DNA of 64,000 bases. Origin: Bacillota bacterium (lineage in GTDB: Bacteria; Bacillota; Sulfobacillia; JAJZYS01; JAJZLH01). Below the pieces are notes generated by a model that saw nothing but the letters and a program-made list of their open reading frames with translations, was not told the origin of the DNA and made no database searches. The stretch lies in assembly GCA_021850485.1 (NCBI GenBank), contig JAJZLY010000008.1, positions 21,879-85,878 of the forward strand, given 5' to 3'. Positions within the stretch are counted from its first letter, which is position 1, and the number at the start of each line of letters is the position of its first letter. The position numbers and the translations under genes are program-made. Below, piece by piece: positions 27,993 through 39,438 of this stretch.

Positions 27993-28871
27993 TCATGATC
28001 TGGCCGTCTGGCTCTGGGAAGCCTCCGCATAGGTGTAAAAGCCCCTACCGCTCTTCTTCCCCAGGTAGCCAGCTTGCACATAGCTGCGCAGCAGCGGACA
28101 CGGACGGTACTTGGGGTCGCCCAGTTCGCGGTGCAAGATCTCCATGATGGCGAGACAGGTGTCCAGCCCAATCAGGTCGGCTAGGGCCAGCGGCCCCATC
28201 GGGTGGTTCATGCCAAGCTTCATCACCGTGTCGACACCGGATGGATCGCTAACACCTTCCAGCACGCAGTACATGGCCTCGTTCAGCATCGGCATCAGCA
28301 CCCGGTTCGACACAAAGCCGGCCATGTCCCGTACCCGCACTGGCGTCTTGCCATAGGCCAAACATTCTGCCCACACCGCTTGAACGGTCTGTTCGGAGGT
28401 GGCCAGGCCGGCCACCACCTCGATCAGGGCCATCATCGGTGGCGGATTCATGAAGTGCATGCCGCAGACCCGGTCCGGTCGGCCGGTGGCGGCGGCCAGA
28501 TCCGTGATCGGCAACGTCGAGGTGTTGGAGGCCAAGATGCTGTCTTGGGGCAACATCGCATCCAGGTTGGCCAGCAACTGACGCTTGGCCAGGCGATCTT
28601 CAACGATCGCCTCGATCGCCAGATCGGCCTGTTTCCCTGCCTCCAGTTCGGCGCTAAAGGTGAGGCGGGCGAGTGCCGCCGCCGCATCTGCTGCACTGAT
28701 GGTCTCTTTTTTGACCATCCGCTCCAAAGAGCGGTCGATCTGACCACGCCCGCGCTGGAGGGCGCCGGCCGCGAGATCGGTCAAGACTACCTGGCGGCCG
28801 CCAAGCGCTGCCACCTGGGCAATGCCGGCCCCCATCTGACCGGCCCCAGCCACCAGCACCTGCTTGATCAC
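27993..28871 (-). CDS. 3-hydroxyacyl-CoA (3-hydroxybutyryl-CoA) dehydrogenase
   Basis: N-terminal VLVAGAGQMGAGIAQV NAD-binding motif. 292 aa, typical of the Hbd/FadB C-terminal family. Confidence 0.85.
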   Translation of the reverse strand: MIKQVLVAGAGQMGAGIAQVAALGGRQVVLTDLAAGALQRGRGQIDRSLERMVKKETISAADAAAALARLTFSAELEAGKQADLAIEAIVEDRLAKRQLLANLDAMLPQDSILASNTSTLPITDLAAATGRPDRVCGMHFMNPPPMMALIEVVAGLATSEQTVQAVWAECLAYGKTPVRVRDMAGFVSNRVLMPMLNEAMYCVLEGVSDPSGVDTVMKLGMNHPMGPLALADLIGLDTCLAIMEILHRELGDPKYRPCPLLRSYVQAGYLGKKSGRGFYTYAEASQSQTARS

Positions 28872-30040
28872 GCCGACACCTCGACCACGGTCGCCTCGCC
28901 CTGCCCGCCGCCCGAGCAGATGGCCGCCACGCCGATGCCACCGCCTTGTCGCCGCAAGGCGTAGATCAAGGTCAGCAGAATGCGACCGCCAGAGGCGCCT
29001 ATCGGGTGGCCAAAGGCGATCGCACCACCGTTGGGATTGACCCGGTCGATGTCGATGCCCAGCCGACGCTGCGAGATCAAGGTGACCGAGGCGAAGGCCT
29101 CATTGATCTCCCACAGATCGACGTCCTTGGGCGTCATCTTGAGTTTGGTCAAGGCCGCCTCGGCGGCCTGGGCCGGCACCGTGGCCAAAAGCCGGGGGTG
29201 ATCTGAGACTTGCCCACTGGCCAGGATCTTGGCCAAGACCGGCCGTCCTTCGGCTAGAGCGCGCTGCTCGCTCATGAGCAGCAGGGCGCTGGCCCCATCA
29301 TTCAGTCCGGGGGCGTTGCCGGCTGTGACGGTGCCCTCTTGGCCGAACACTGGCCGTAGCTTGGCTAGGCGTTCTAGGGAAGTGTCCGCTCGGATCGCCT
29401 CGTCGCGCCGCACCACCTGCCCGTCAGCCAGCTCGACCGCAACGATCTCCTCGGCCAGCACGCCCTGATCGGTGGCCTGGCTGGCCAGTTGGTGGCTGCG
29501 CAGGGCAAAGGCGTCTTGATCTTGGCGGCTGCAGCCAAATTCGGCGGCCACCTCCGACCCGTACACCCCCATGTGCACGTCGCCGAAGCTACACCACAGC
29601 CCATCGTGCACCACGGCATCGACCAGCTTGCTGTCGCCCATCCGATAGCCAAAGCGCGCTCCCGGGAGCAGATACGGCGCCTGCGACATGCTCTCCATGC
29701 CGCCTGCCACCACCACTTGGCGCTCGCCCAAGCGGATCCAAGCATCAGCCAGGTTCACCGCGTGCAAAGATGAGGCGCAGACCTTGTTGACGGTGGTGGA
29801 CGGCACCTTGTGCGGAATTCCCGCCGCCATCGCCGCCTGACGCGACGGGATCTGGCCGGCACCGGCTTGCACCACCATGCCGAAGATCACCTCGTCCACC
29901 TCTGCGCCGTCTTGGCCAACGGCCTGCAAGGTCTGGCGGATGGCGTGGGCGCCCAGATCGGTGGCCGATAGCTTGTGCAAGGCGCCGCCCAACTTGCCAA
30001 ACGGTGTGCGCTTGGCGCTCACCACCACCGTTTGATTCAC
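28868..30040 (-). CDS. Acetyl-CoA C-acetyltransferase (thiolase II)
   Basis: 390 aa. VNKVCASSLHAV active-site Cys block and C-terminal thiolase signatures (NPNGGAIAFGHP). Confidence 0.88.
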   Translation of the reverse strand: MNQTVVVSAKRTPFGKLGGALHKLSATDLGAHAIRQTLQAVGQDGAEVDEVIFGMVVQAGAGQIPSRQAAMAAGIPHKVPSTTVNKVCASSLHAVNLADAWIRLGERQVVVAGGMESMSQAPYLLPGARFGYRMGDSKLVDAVVHDGLWCSFGDVHMGVYGSEVAAEFGCSRQDQDAFALRSHQLASQATDQGVLAEEIVAVELADGQVVRRDEAIRADTSLERLAKLRPVFGQEGTVTAGNAPGLNDGASALLLMSEQRALAEGRPVLAKILASGQVSDHPRLLATVPAQAAEAALTKLKMTPKDVDLWEINEAFASVTLISQRRLGIDIDRVNPNGGAIAFGHPIGASGGRILLTLIYALRRQGGGIGVAAICSGGGQGEATVVEVSA

Positions 30041-31323
30041 GAAGCCTGGCCCTCGGTGGAGATGGCGCGTCCATCTCTGGACACTTCGGCGCCGAGTTGG
30101 CAGAGCTTGCCCTCCAAGTCCTCGTAGCCTCGCTCCACGTACTGCACGCCGCTGACTGTGGTCTGGCCCTCCGCCGCCAAGGCGGCGATCACCAAGGCGG
30201 CACCGCCGCGGATGTCCGGCGCCTCCACCGGCGCCCCGGACAGCCGCCGTTGTCCGCGCACGATCGCCGTGTCTCGATCGACCCGCACACTGGCCCCCAT
30301 CCGAGCCAGTTCGTTCACATAGTGGAACCGGTTTTCGAACACGGTCTCTTGCACCAAGCTGATCCCATTGGCCCGGGCCAAGGTCGCCACCATCGGCGGA
30401 TGGAGATCGGTCGGAAAGCCCGGGTGCGGCTGGGTCTGAACATCGACGGCCGTGAGCGTCTTGGGGGATTTCAGCCGGATCGAGTCTGGGCCTATGTCCA
30501 GTACCGCACCGACTTCTTCTAGTTTGGAGCAGACGGTGGCGAGATGCTCGGGAATCACGCCCTTGACCTCGACCTCACCCCCCGACGCCAGGCCGGCCAT
30601 CAGGTAGGTCCCGGCTTCCAAGCGGTCTGGAATGATCTCGTGGCGGCCGCCGTGCAGGCGTCGGCTGCCCTCGATCCGGATCGTGCTGGTGCCGGCGCCG
30701 CGGATGGTGACGCCCAGTCCAGTCAGGAAGTTGGCCAGGTCGACGATCTCTGGCTCGCGGGCCGCGTTCTCCAAATGCGTGGTGCCATGGCCCAAAGAGG
30801 CGGCGATCATCAGGTTGATGGTGGCGCCAAACGATGCCCGGTCGATGAACAAATCGGTGCCGCGCAATCCGCCCGGTGCCTCAGCCAGGATCGAGCCGTG
30901 CTCTACCCAGGCCCGGGCGCCGAGGGCTTCAAACCCCTTCAGATGGAAGTCGATGGGGCGAGCCCCGATATCGCAGCCGCCAGGCATGGCGACCTCCGCC
31001 TTGCCCAGGCGAGCCAGCAACAAACCCACGATGTAGGTCGAGCCGCGCAACTTGCGCGCCTTCTCATAGGGCGCGACATAGTTGCTGAGATGAGCGGCCT
31101 CGATTTTCAGCACCCGGCGGTCTACGAAGGTGACCTCGGCCCCCAGCGCCCGCAGGATCTCGCACAGATCCAAGATGTCGGTGTATAGCGGTACGTTTTC
31201 CAGATAGGTCGCACCGTCTTGAGCCAACGCAGCCGCCGAGATGATGGCCAAGGCCGAGTTCTTGGCGCCGTTGACCGTGACCGACCCGCGAAGCCGGGTG
31301 CCGCCGGTGATGGTGAAATGCAT
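30037..31323 (-). CDS. murA: UDP-N-acetylglucosamine 1-carboxyvinyltransferase
   Basis: Start MHFTITGGTRLRGSVTVNGAKNSAL with GAGGAG 7 nt upstream. The ORF-track N-terminal extension is rejected. Confidence 0.9.
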   Translation of the reverse strand: MHFTITGGTRLRGSVTVNGAKNSALAIISAAALAQDGATYLENVPLYTDILDLCEILRALGAEVTFVDRRVLKIEAAHLSNYVAPYEKARKLRGSTYIVGLLLARLGKAEVAMPGGCDIGARPIDFHLKGFEALGARAWVEHGSILAEAPGGLRGTDLFIDRASFGATINLMIAASLGHGTTHLENAAREPEIVDLANFLTGLGVTIRGAGTSTIRIEGSRRLHGGRHEIIPDRLEAGTYLMAGLASGGEVEVKGVIPEHLATVCSKLEEVGAVLDIGPDSIRLKSPKTLTAVDVQTQPHPGFPTDLHPPMVATLARANGISLVQETVFENRFHYVNELARMGASVRVDRDTAIVRGQRRLSGAPVEAPDIRGGAALVIAALAAEGQTTVSGVQYVERGYEDLEGKLCQLGAEVSRDGRAISTEGQAS

Positions 31324-31336
31324 ACCCCGTCTCCTC

Positions 31337-32827
<1,491 letters not shown>

Positions 32828-32855
32828 TTAAGGTTAGCACGCCACCTAGGGGGGT

Positions 32856-34238
32856 TCAATTTTGCGCCCCGTGTGCGCTGGCCAAACGAACCGCCAGCTG
32901 GTGCGCCCAGTGGCTGATGTCGCCCGCCCCCAGGGCCACCAGCAGATCACCTCGGCGCAATTCCGCCGCCATCTGGCCAAGGGTGCTGACATCTGCCAGA
33001 TAACGGACCGGCAGTGGATGGCTGTGCCCAATCGCCGTCGCCAAGTCCTGCCCGCTCACGCCTGAGACCTGTTGCGCACCCACAGGACCGTAGACATCGA
33101 AGACCCACACTTCGTCAGCCGCCGCCACCGCCTGCACAAAATCGGCAAACAGCCGCCCCAGCCGCTCGTAGCGGTGAGGTTGCAGCGCAGCGATCAGGCG
33201 CTTGGGCCGCCAGCTACGCAATGTTTCCAGCACGACGCGAATCTCGGTCGGGTGCACCGCGTAGTCGTCGACCAGGCGCACACCCTTGCCTTGATACAAC
33301 ACCTCCAACCGGCGGTGCGCATTGTGGAATCCGGTCATCACCGGCGCCAGGCGTAGCGGCTCCACTCCGGCAGCCACACAGGCGGCTGCGGCAGCCAGCG
33401 TGTTGAGCATGTTGTGCCGACCCGACAAAGGACTATGCACCCGCCCCTGACTCTCGCCTCGCCAGTGCAGATCGAATGCCTGTCCTTGGGCCGTAGCGCG
33501 CAGCCCAACGGCATCCATCTGGGCCCCCCGCCCGTAGGTGAGGCGCCTGACGCCGACCGGCACCGCCAGTGCGGCCACCAGGTCGTCCTCAGCGCACAGG
33601 ACCGCTGAGCCGCCCTCTTGCACCGAGGAGACAAACTGGCGGACGGCCGCTTGCAGCCGGCCGAAGTCGCCCTCGTAGTGCTCCAGGTGCTCCGGCTCCA
33701 GGTTGGTCACCACCACCACCTCCGGAGTCAGGCGCAAGATCGAGCGGTCGGACTCATCTCCTTCCACGACCGCCCACTGGCCCTGCCCAGGCCGCAGGCC
33801 ACCCAGCCAGCCCTCCACCTCACCGCCGGTGAAGACCAGCGGATCAAAGCCGCACTGCTCCAGCAGGTATCCGATCAGGGTGGTGGTGGTGGTCTTACCA
33901 TGAGTACCGGTGACGGCGATCAGCCGAAATCCCTCTAACACCTCGGTCAGGATTTCTGAACGGTGCGCCAGCCGGGCGCCCCGGGCTCGGGCCGCGCTCA
34001 ACTCCGGGTTGTCGGCGGGGACATCGGTGGAGTAGACGACCACCGCCGCTCCCTCCTGTAACGCTGCGTCGTGGCCGATGGTGACGGGGATGCCGGCCTG
34101 GGTCAGGCGGTCGGTGCGGGCAGATGCCCGGGCATCTGACCCAGAGACCAGTTCTCCGGCAAGGTACAGGTAGTGGGCGAGGGCACTCATCGAGATGCCA
34201 CCCACGCCGACAAAGTGGACTCGGCCGTCGTAGCGGCT
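32856..34238 (-). CDS. murC: UDP-N-acetylmuramate--L-alanine ligase
   Basis: HFVGVGGISMSALA Mur-ligase N-terminus and GTHGKTTTT P-loop. Start assigned to the GTG near 34238, abutting the tsaD stop. Confidence 0.88.
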   Translation of the reverse strand, partial: SRYDGRVHFVGVGGISMSALAHYLYLAGELVSGSDARASARTDRLTQAGIPVTIGHDAALQEGAAVVVYSTDVPADNPELSAARARGARLAHRSEILTEVLEGFRLIAVTGTHGKTTTTTLIGYLLEQCGFDPLVFTGGEVEGWLGGLRPGQGQWAVVEGDESDRSILRLTPEVVVVTNLEPEHLEHYEGDFGRLQAAVRQFVSSVQEGGSAVLCAEDDLVAALAVPVGVRRLTYGRGAQMDAVGLRATAQGQAFDLHWRGESQGRVHSPLSGRHNMLNTLAAAAACVAAGVEPLRLAPVMTGFHNAHRRLEVLYQGKGVRLVDDYAVHPTEIRVVLETLRSWRPKRLIAALQPHRYERLGRLFADFVQAVAAADEVWVFDVYGPVGAQQVSGVSGQDLATAIGHSHPLPVRYLADVSTLGQMAAELRRGDLLVALGAGDISHWAHQLAVRLASAHGAQN

Positions 34239-35212
34239 CACGTCAGTGTGTCCAGCCGGGAAGAGGCGGCCGTTCCTAGTGGCGTCTTGATCCCGGCCAG
34301 CAACATCTCCCAGCCCAGACGGCCAATCATGGCGGCGTTGTCGGAGCAAAGCCGCAGCGGTGCAAACAGCACCGGCCGCGACCGCACCCGCTCTTGAAAG
34401 GCCCGGCGCAACGCCTGATTGGCGCTCACGCCGCCGCCTACCACCAGCATCCGATCGCTCGCCAGTAGGGCCTGACAGGTGGTCTCGACCAACTGGCTGA
34501 CCACCGCCTGCTGAAAGCCACAGGCCACCGCCGCTGGCTTAGCGCCGGCGGCGATCGCCTGCCGGGCCGCCGTCTTCACGCCGCTGAAACTGAAGTCGGG
34601 GCGCCCTCCGCTCAGCCGGACCCGCGGGAACTGCCAAGCCTCCGTTGGTTCGGATGCAGCCAGCTGTTCCAAGGCGGCGCCACCGGGATAGCCCAGCCCC
34701 AACAACCGGGCCACCTTGTCCAAGGCTTCACCTGCCGCGTCGTCACGGGTCTCGCCGATCAATTCGGCCATGATCGGTGCGCTGAACCTATAGAGCGAGG
34801 TGTGGCCGCCGGAGACGACCAGCGCCAGCAGCGGGAAGATGGCATCTTGGTCGATGAAGGCGGCGTGGATGTGCGCCAGCACGTGGTTCACGCCCACTGC
34901 AGGAATGCCCAAAGACATGGCCAGTCCCTGGCTGAACGAACTGCCCACCAGCAGGCAGCCCAGCAGACCGGGGCCCCTGGTGTAGGCGACGGCATCCAAG
35001 TCGCGGGCAGTTAGACCCGCCTCGAGCAGAGCCTGCTCCGTCTGCTCACGGATCACTTCCAGATGCCGCCTGGCAGCGGTCTCTGGGACGACGCCGCCCG
35101 TCGCACTGTGCAGGGGGGCCTGAGAGGCGATGCGTAAGGAGACAATGGCGCCGTCTGCCATGACGGCCACGCTCGTCTCGTCACAGCTGGTCTCAACGCC
35201 GAGCACCAGCAT
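34238..35212 (-). CDS. tsaD: tRNA N6-adenosine threonylcarbamoyltransferase
   Basis: Start MLVLGVETSCDETSVAV and HxxAH metal-binding motif (VLAHIHAAF). ATGA overlap with the rimI stop at 35212. Confidence 0.9.
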   Translation of the reverse strand: MLVLGVETSCDETSVAVMADGAIVSLRIASQAPLHSATGGVVPETAARRHLEVIREQTEQALLEAGLTARDLDAVAYTRGPGLLGCLLVGSSFSQGLAMSLGIPAVGVNHVLAHIHAAFIDQDAIFPLLALVVSGGHTSLYRFSAPIMAELIGETRDDAAGEALDKVARLLGLGYPGGAALEQLAASEPTEAWQFPRVRLSGGRPDFSFSGVKTAARQAIAAGAKPAAVACGFQQAVVSQLVETTCQALLASDRMLVVGGGVSANQALRRAFQERVRSRPVLFAPLRLCSDNAAMIGRLGWEMLLAGIKTPLGTAASSRLDTLT

Positions 35213-35760
35213 CAGGCTCCAGCCGGCTCTGGCAGCTTTTCCCGGACCATGATCAGCGCGTCCTCGCCGTTGTCCGTGTAGTAACCCTTGCGCACCCCTG
35301 TCATCTGAAAACCCAAAGAGCGGTACAGCGTCTGGGCCACCTGGTTGGTGCGCCGCACCTCGAGTGTGATGGTCCGACAGCCGTGCTCTTCGGTCAGGGC
35401 AATGGCGGTTTCCATCAGCAATCGGCCCACCCCTTGGTGTCGGACCGTCGGGTGGACGGCGACGTTGGTGATGTGCGCTTCGTCCAGCACCAGCCACATC
35501 CCGACGTAGCCCACCAGCCGCGAACCCGATTTGGCGGCCAGATAGTGGGCATAGGCATTCTCGGTCAGCTCCGAGACAAAGGCTCGCCGCGACCACGGGG
35601 TGGGGTAGGACAGGTGTTCGATCTCCAGCACCTGTGGCAAGTCGGCCAGAGCCATCCGCACCACCTGCAGGTCGTCGGCCAGCTGACTAGACATGATCGT
35701 CGGCGGTTGGGCTGTCGCCAGCGGCAGTGGGCCGAAGATAGATCGGAACAAACGGCGCAT
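35212..35760 (-). CDS. rimI: Ribosomal-protein-alanine N-acetyltransferase
   Basis: GNAT motifs (VHPTVRHQGVGRLL). Conserved position between tsaB and tsaD. Confidence 0.8.
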   Translation of the reverse strand: MRRLFRSIFGPLPLATAQPPTIMSSQLADDLQVVRMALADLPQVLEIEHLSYPTPWSRRAFVSELTENAYAHYLAAKSGSRLVGYVGMWLVLDEAHITNVAVHPTVRHQGVGRLLMETAIALTEEHGCRTITLEVRRTNQVAQTLYRSLGFQMTGVRKGYYTDNGEDALIMVREKLPEPAGA

Positions 35761-36331
35761 CTTTCAGATCTCCTCTGTGCCGCCGGGCCGACCATGCCAC
35801 AGCCAGTGCACCCGGTGCGGCAAGCGGCGGCTGCTCGGCTACGAACTCCACGGGCAGGTCTGCGGCGATCAGCCGAGCACCCAGCCGGCGCACCTCTTCG
35901 ACAACCGCCGGGGGCTCTCCCCTGCGCAGCGGCCCGATCGCCCGCTGGAGTCCCCGGTCAGCGGCAAAGGCCTGCCACAAAACCCCACCGCGGCCATCGC
36001 CACGGGCGGCGATTGCCGCCCCAGAAACAGGCGCCGACTCCGCCCAGGCAAGGAAGGTGGGCACGGCCACGCGCGCCACCGCCCAGCCTAAGGACATCCC
36101 CTCGCCAGCGGCCAGGCCGATGCGAGTTCCGGTGTAGGAGCCGGGTCCGGCCGACACCGCAACTAGGTCTGGCCGAGCGCCTGCCTCATGAAGACAGGTG
36201 TCGATCAGTTGCCACAGGGCCTGGTCCCGGCTCGTGCCTACCGCCTGGTGTTCGCCTTGAGCGCTGCCTTGGAGCCAGGCCACCTGAGTGATCGGCCCCG
36301 TGGTGTCGATGGCCAAGATCAGGGCTGTCAT
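35687..36331 (-). CDS. tsaB: tRNA threonylcarbamoyladenosine biosynthesis protein TsaB
   Basis: MTALILAIDTTGPITQVAW N-terminus (inactive Kae1 homologue). Overlaps rimI. Confidence 0.8.
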   Translation of the reverse strand: MTALILAIDTTGPITQVAWLQGSAQGEHQAVGTSRDQALWQLIDTCLHEAGARPDLVAVSAGPGSYTGTRIGLAAGEGMSLGWAVARVAVPTFLAWAESAPVSGAAIAARGDGRGGVLWQAFAADRGLQRAIGPLRRGEPPAVVEEVRRLGARLIAADLPVEFVAEQPPLAAPGALAVAWSARRHRGDLKDAPFVPIYLRPTAAGDSPTADDHV

Positions 36332-36783
36332 GAGCGCTTCCAGGCCTGCTCGACAAGGTGCAGCGCACGGCGGGCATTGGGACCTCCGGCGGCCAGCTGA
36401 GCCGTCCGTCCTCCGTTGGCGGTCTGCAGATGCACGGTCAATGCGTCAGCGGGCAAGAGACCTGGTGCCCGATCTGCCCACTCCACCACGGCCCGCGCCG
36501 ATCCGGTCCACAGCTCGTCCAGGCCCAGATCGGCCACCTGGGCTTCGTCTAGGCGGTATAAGTCGACGTGGTAGATCTCATGCGGATAGGTATGAATCAG
36601 GGTGTAGGTGGGGCTGGCCGCCGTGCCGACCACCTGCCACGCCGCCAGCACGGCCTGGGCCAAGGTGGTCTTGCCACTTCCCACCTCGCCGATCAGGCCG
36701 ATCACGCTCCCGGACATCGTAGCCTGGCCGATCACCCAGCCCAGGCGGACCGTTTGCTCCTCGGCCGCCAGCATCACCCTCAT
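36328..36783 (-). CDS. tsaE: tRNA threonylcarbamoyladenosine biosynthesis ATPase TsaE
   Basis: P-loop GLIGEVGSGKTTLAQ and YHVDLYRL motif. Start MRVML at 36783. Confidence 0.8.
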   Translation of the reverse strand: MRVMLAAEEQTVRLGWVIGQATMSGSVIGLIGEVGSGKTTLAQAVLAAWQVVGTAASPTYTLIHTYPHEIYHVDLYRLDEAQVADLGLDELWTGSARAVVEWADRAPGLLPADALTVHLQTANGGRTAQLAAGGPNARRALHLVEQAWKRS

Positions 36784-37742
36784 CCCCCACCACCGCCGAA
36801 ATGGTCGTACCCGGTGGCCGAGAGCACTTGGCCGCCCAGCCGTAACCCGGACTCGGCGCTGAGCCGCCCGATCGGGAAGCAGTCCAGGCCAGCCGCCCTG
36901 AACGCTGCCGCCAGGCGCGGCCACACCCGCTCTGGCAGGGCGGCCAGAAGGCAGTAGTCGTCACCGCCATACAGGGCCCGCTGCACATCGGCAGCCTGGT
37001 CGCCGCTTTCAGCCAGTGGCAGCGCCTCTGGCACCAGGTCGGCGCCCGCTGCGGCCGGGTGCAAGAGGCGGCTGAGATCAAGGGCCAACCCGTCGGTCAC
37101 ATCGATCATGGCGCTGGCGCCGCCATCTGCCAGCAGGGCGGCTGCAGCCCAGGCTGGCTGGGGTCGCAAAAAGGCCCGGCTGGCCCGTTCCGGAGCTGAC
37201 CGGCCAGCCAGGATCAACTCTCGGCCCCAAGCCGCCAGGCCGATTTGGCCACTGACCACCAGGCGATCACCGGCCTGGCCGCCATGTCGGGCCACTGGCT
37301 GGTTAGCCTGGCCAATGACGGTGGCGGTGATCGTGACCTGATCGGCCTGGGCCAAGTTCCCGCCGACCAGCGCGCTGCCACTTGCGGCCGCGGCTTCGGC
37401 CAGCCCTGCCACCAGTGCATCGAAATCCGACTCCAGCAAGGATGCTGGCATGCTGATCGCCAGCAGATGGGCCAAGGCCCCCCCGCCCATCGCCGCTATG
37501 TCTGAGAGAGCTGCAGCGAGGGCCCGCCAGCCGATGTCGGTCCAAGTCATGCAACTGGCGTCGAAGTGACGGCCCTGGACAGAACTGTCCACCGAGACCA
37601 GACTGCCAGCCCCCAGCGAGAGCACTGCCGCGTCGTCGCCGATACCTTGGCGGACCAGCTGTGAGCTCTCGCTCTGACCGCCTTTCAGGCGCGCAATCAG
37701 TTCCGCCTCTGTGAGCTGCCCGACCGTCCTGAGCTCAGGCAT
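36780..37742 (-). CDS. thiL: Thiamine-monophosphate kinase
   Basis: AIR-synthase-related fold with GDDAAVL and DSSVQGRHF motifs. Start MPELRT at 37742, overlapping the UDG stop. Confidence 0.75.
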   Translation of the reverse strand: MPELRTVGQLTEAELIARLKGGQSESSQLVRQGIGDDAAVLSLGAGSLVSVDSSVQGRHFDASCMTWTDIGWRALAAALSDIAAMGGGALAHLLAISMPASLLESDFDALVAGLAEAAAASGSALVGGNLAQADQVTITATVIGQANQPVARHGGQAGDRLVVSGQIGLAAWGRELILAGRSAPERASRAFLRPQPAWAAAALLADGGASAMIDVTDGLALDLSRLLHPAAAGADLVPEALPLAESGDQAADVQRALYGGDDYCLLAALPERVWPRLAAAFRAAGLDCFPIGRLSAESGLRLGGQVLSATGYDHFGGGGG

Positions 37743-38319
37743 CGGGTTCCAACTCCAGTCCAGCCTGCAGGCGGTCATAGTCCCGCCTGATTCGCTTGAA
37801 GTCCTCCCACACCGGCCGCTTCTTCTCTGGGTCACGGAGCAGGGCGGCCGGATGGAAGGTCGGATAATAGTAGCGCCCTTGGCGCAGATGACGGCTTCCT
37901 CGCAGCCGAGTGATGGCGGCATGCGGGTCTTCCAGCAGCGCCTTGGTGGCAACCGCGCCCAGTGTCACCACCATCTTGGGTTCGATCGCCGCCAGCTTGG
38001 CCTCCAGAAAGGGACGGCAGCTTTGCTGCTCGTCCGGCTCAGGCGGGCGATTGTTGGGTGGACGACACATCACCGTGTTGGTGATGAACACGTCGTCCCG
38101 GCTCAGTGCGACGGCGGCCAGGATGCGGGTGAGCAACTCGCCGGCCCGGCCCACAAACGGCTCACCGGCCAAGTCCTCGTCGTGACCGGGGGCTTCGCCC
38201 ACCAACATCAGCAGCGCCTTCGGGTTGCCGGCTCCAAACACCACGCGGTGTCGGCCTTGAGCCAGGCGACAAGCGACGCAGCCCTGCGCCCGCTCCACAA
38301 GCTCTGGCCACGACTCCAT
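37735..38319 (-). CDS. Uracil-DNA glycosylase, family 4
   Basis: CVACRL...VVFGAGNP...LMLVGEAPGHDED...NTVMCRPPNNR are the family-4 UDG motifs, including the Fe-S cysteines. GGGGAGGG ribosome binding site. Confidence 0.85.
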   Translation of the reverse strand: MESWPELVERAQGCVACRLAQGRHRVVFGAGNPKALLMLVGEAPGHDEDLAGEPFVGRAGELLTRILAAVALSRDDVFITNTVMCRPPNNRPPEPDEQQSCRPFLEAKLAAIEPKMVVTLGAVATKALLEDPHAAITRLRGSRHLRQGRYYYPTFHPAALLRDPEKKRPVWEDFKRIRRDYDRLQAGLELEPDA

Positions 38320-38463
38320 CCATATCCCTCCCCCGCCGCTGCGGGCGGGCCGGCAACTGCAGTGTGCGGTCTTGGCCCCGGTCTCAGGCCAACCGCCTGC
38401 GCTGGTGTTCCACAGCCGGAGCCACCGGCGATTCGATGGTCCGAAACGAACCGGGAAATCGGC

Positions 38464-39438
38464 TCAGGGCAACACCGCGACCAGTTCGCCCACGACCCGG
38501 CCGGCGACGTTGGTGACAGGTGGCTGGCGGTGCGACGCCAAGCGCTGGCTGGCCTGTGCATCGAGCAGGTGGAACTGATCCAGCACGGCCATGGCGGCTA
38601 CATCCAGAGCTCGGGCAGAGCCGTCCACCACCTTCAGTGCGATTCCGAGCTGGCGGTCTCTGACGCCGATGCCAAGCAGCCCCTCGGCGCCGCCCTTGGC
38701 CACGATCTGGCCATGGCCGGCCGCCATCAGGTCGGAGCCAAACACACCGCTGCCGCCCACCAGCCGCGGATGGCTGGTCATCGCATGGCAGATCCGTCCC
38801 GCTGCTTCAGCCATGCCGCCATCTTGGCCGGCGGGGTGCACCAGGCTTAAGAAGGCCTGGGCGATGGCGGTCAAGGGCAGGCGGAAGGTCGGCACACCAC
38901 AACCGTCGACGCCAAGCTCGATGCTGGAGGGCAAGACGCCTGAGAAGGCGGCCACCGTATCCAAGTTTCGCTGCTGCAACGGGTGGTCGATCGGCAGATA
39001 CTCCAAGTCCCACCCGGCCTGCACGCACTGCGCCAGCATCGCCGCGTGCTTGCCCGAGCAATTGGAATGGAGCGCGCTGGGGGGACCGACCAGTGCGGCG
39101 GCAGCCTGCTTGTCGTAGGGCGCATGGGCACCGCAACGCAGGGCGTCCTTGGAAAGATGGATCTTCTCCAGCATGCCGGACACCACCCGGGTGTGCACCG
39201 GTTCCCCATAGTGGCTGGCCGCCGCCAGCGCCAATTCCTCGTCTGCGAAGTGGAAGTGGTCGGCGGCACCGCTGGTGATCAGGCCGATCGCCTGAAACGG
39301 TTTGGCCGCCGAGCGCATGAATGTGACGCAGCCAGCGGCTCCGGCCGTCGCCCAGGCCACACCGTCGCTCCCGACCACGGCCGCTTCGACCTGGTGCACA
39401 CTCTCCAGATATCCGCCCCTGCGCAATTCAACCCTCAT
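38464..39438 (-). CDS. Asparaginase II family protein (PF06089-like)
   Basis: 324 aa. The CSGKHAAML block and overall length and pattern resemble the Rhizobium-type L-asparaginase II family. Confidence 0.65.
   Translation of the reverse strand: MRVELRRGGYLESVHQVEAAVVGSDGVAWATAGAAGCVTFMRSAAKPFQAIGLITSGAADHFHFADEELALAAASHYGEPVHTRVVSGMLEKIHLSKDALRCGAHAPYDKQAAAALVGPPSALHSNCSGKHAAMLAQCVQAGWDLEYLPIDHPLQQRNLDTVAAFSGVLPSSIELGVDGCGVPTFRLPLTAIAQAFLSLVHPAGQDGGMAEAAGRICHAMTSHPRLVGGSGVFGSDLMAAGHGQIVAKGGAEGLLGIGVRDRQLGIALKVVDGSARALDVAAMAVLDQFHLLDAQASQRLASHRQPPVTNVAGRVVGELVAVLP

Noticed and set aside
28034-28171. Upstream extension of moaC overlapping the 3-hydroxyacyl-CoA dehydrogenase gene
   Set aside because: MoaC homology begins near LTHL. 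A GTG at 27958 gives a normal-length (~168 aa) MoaC with no overlap.
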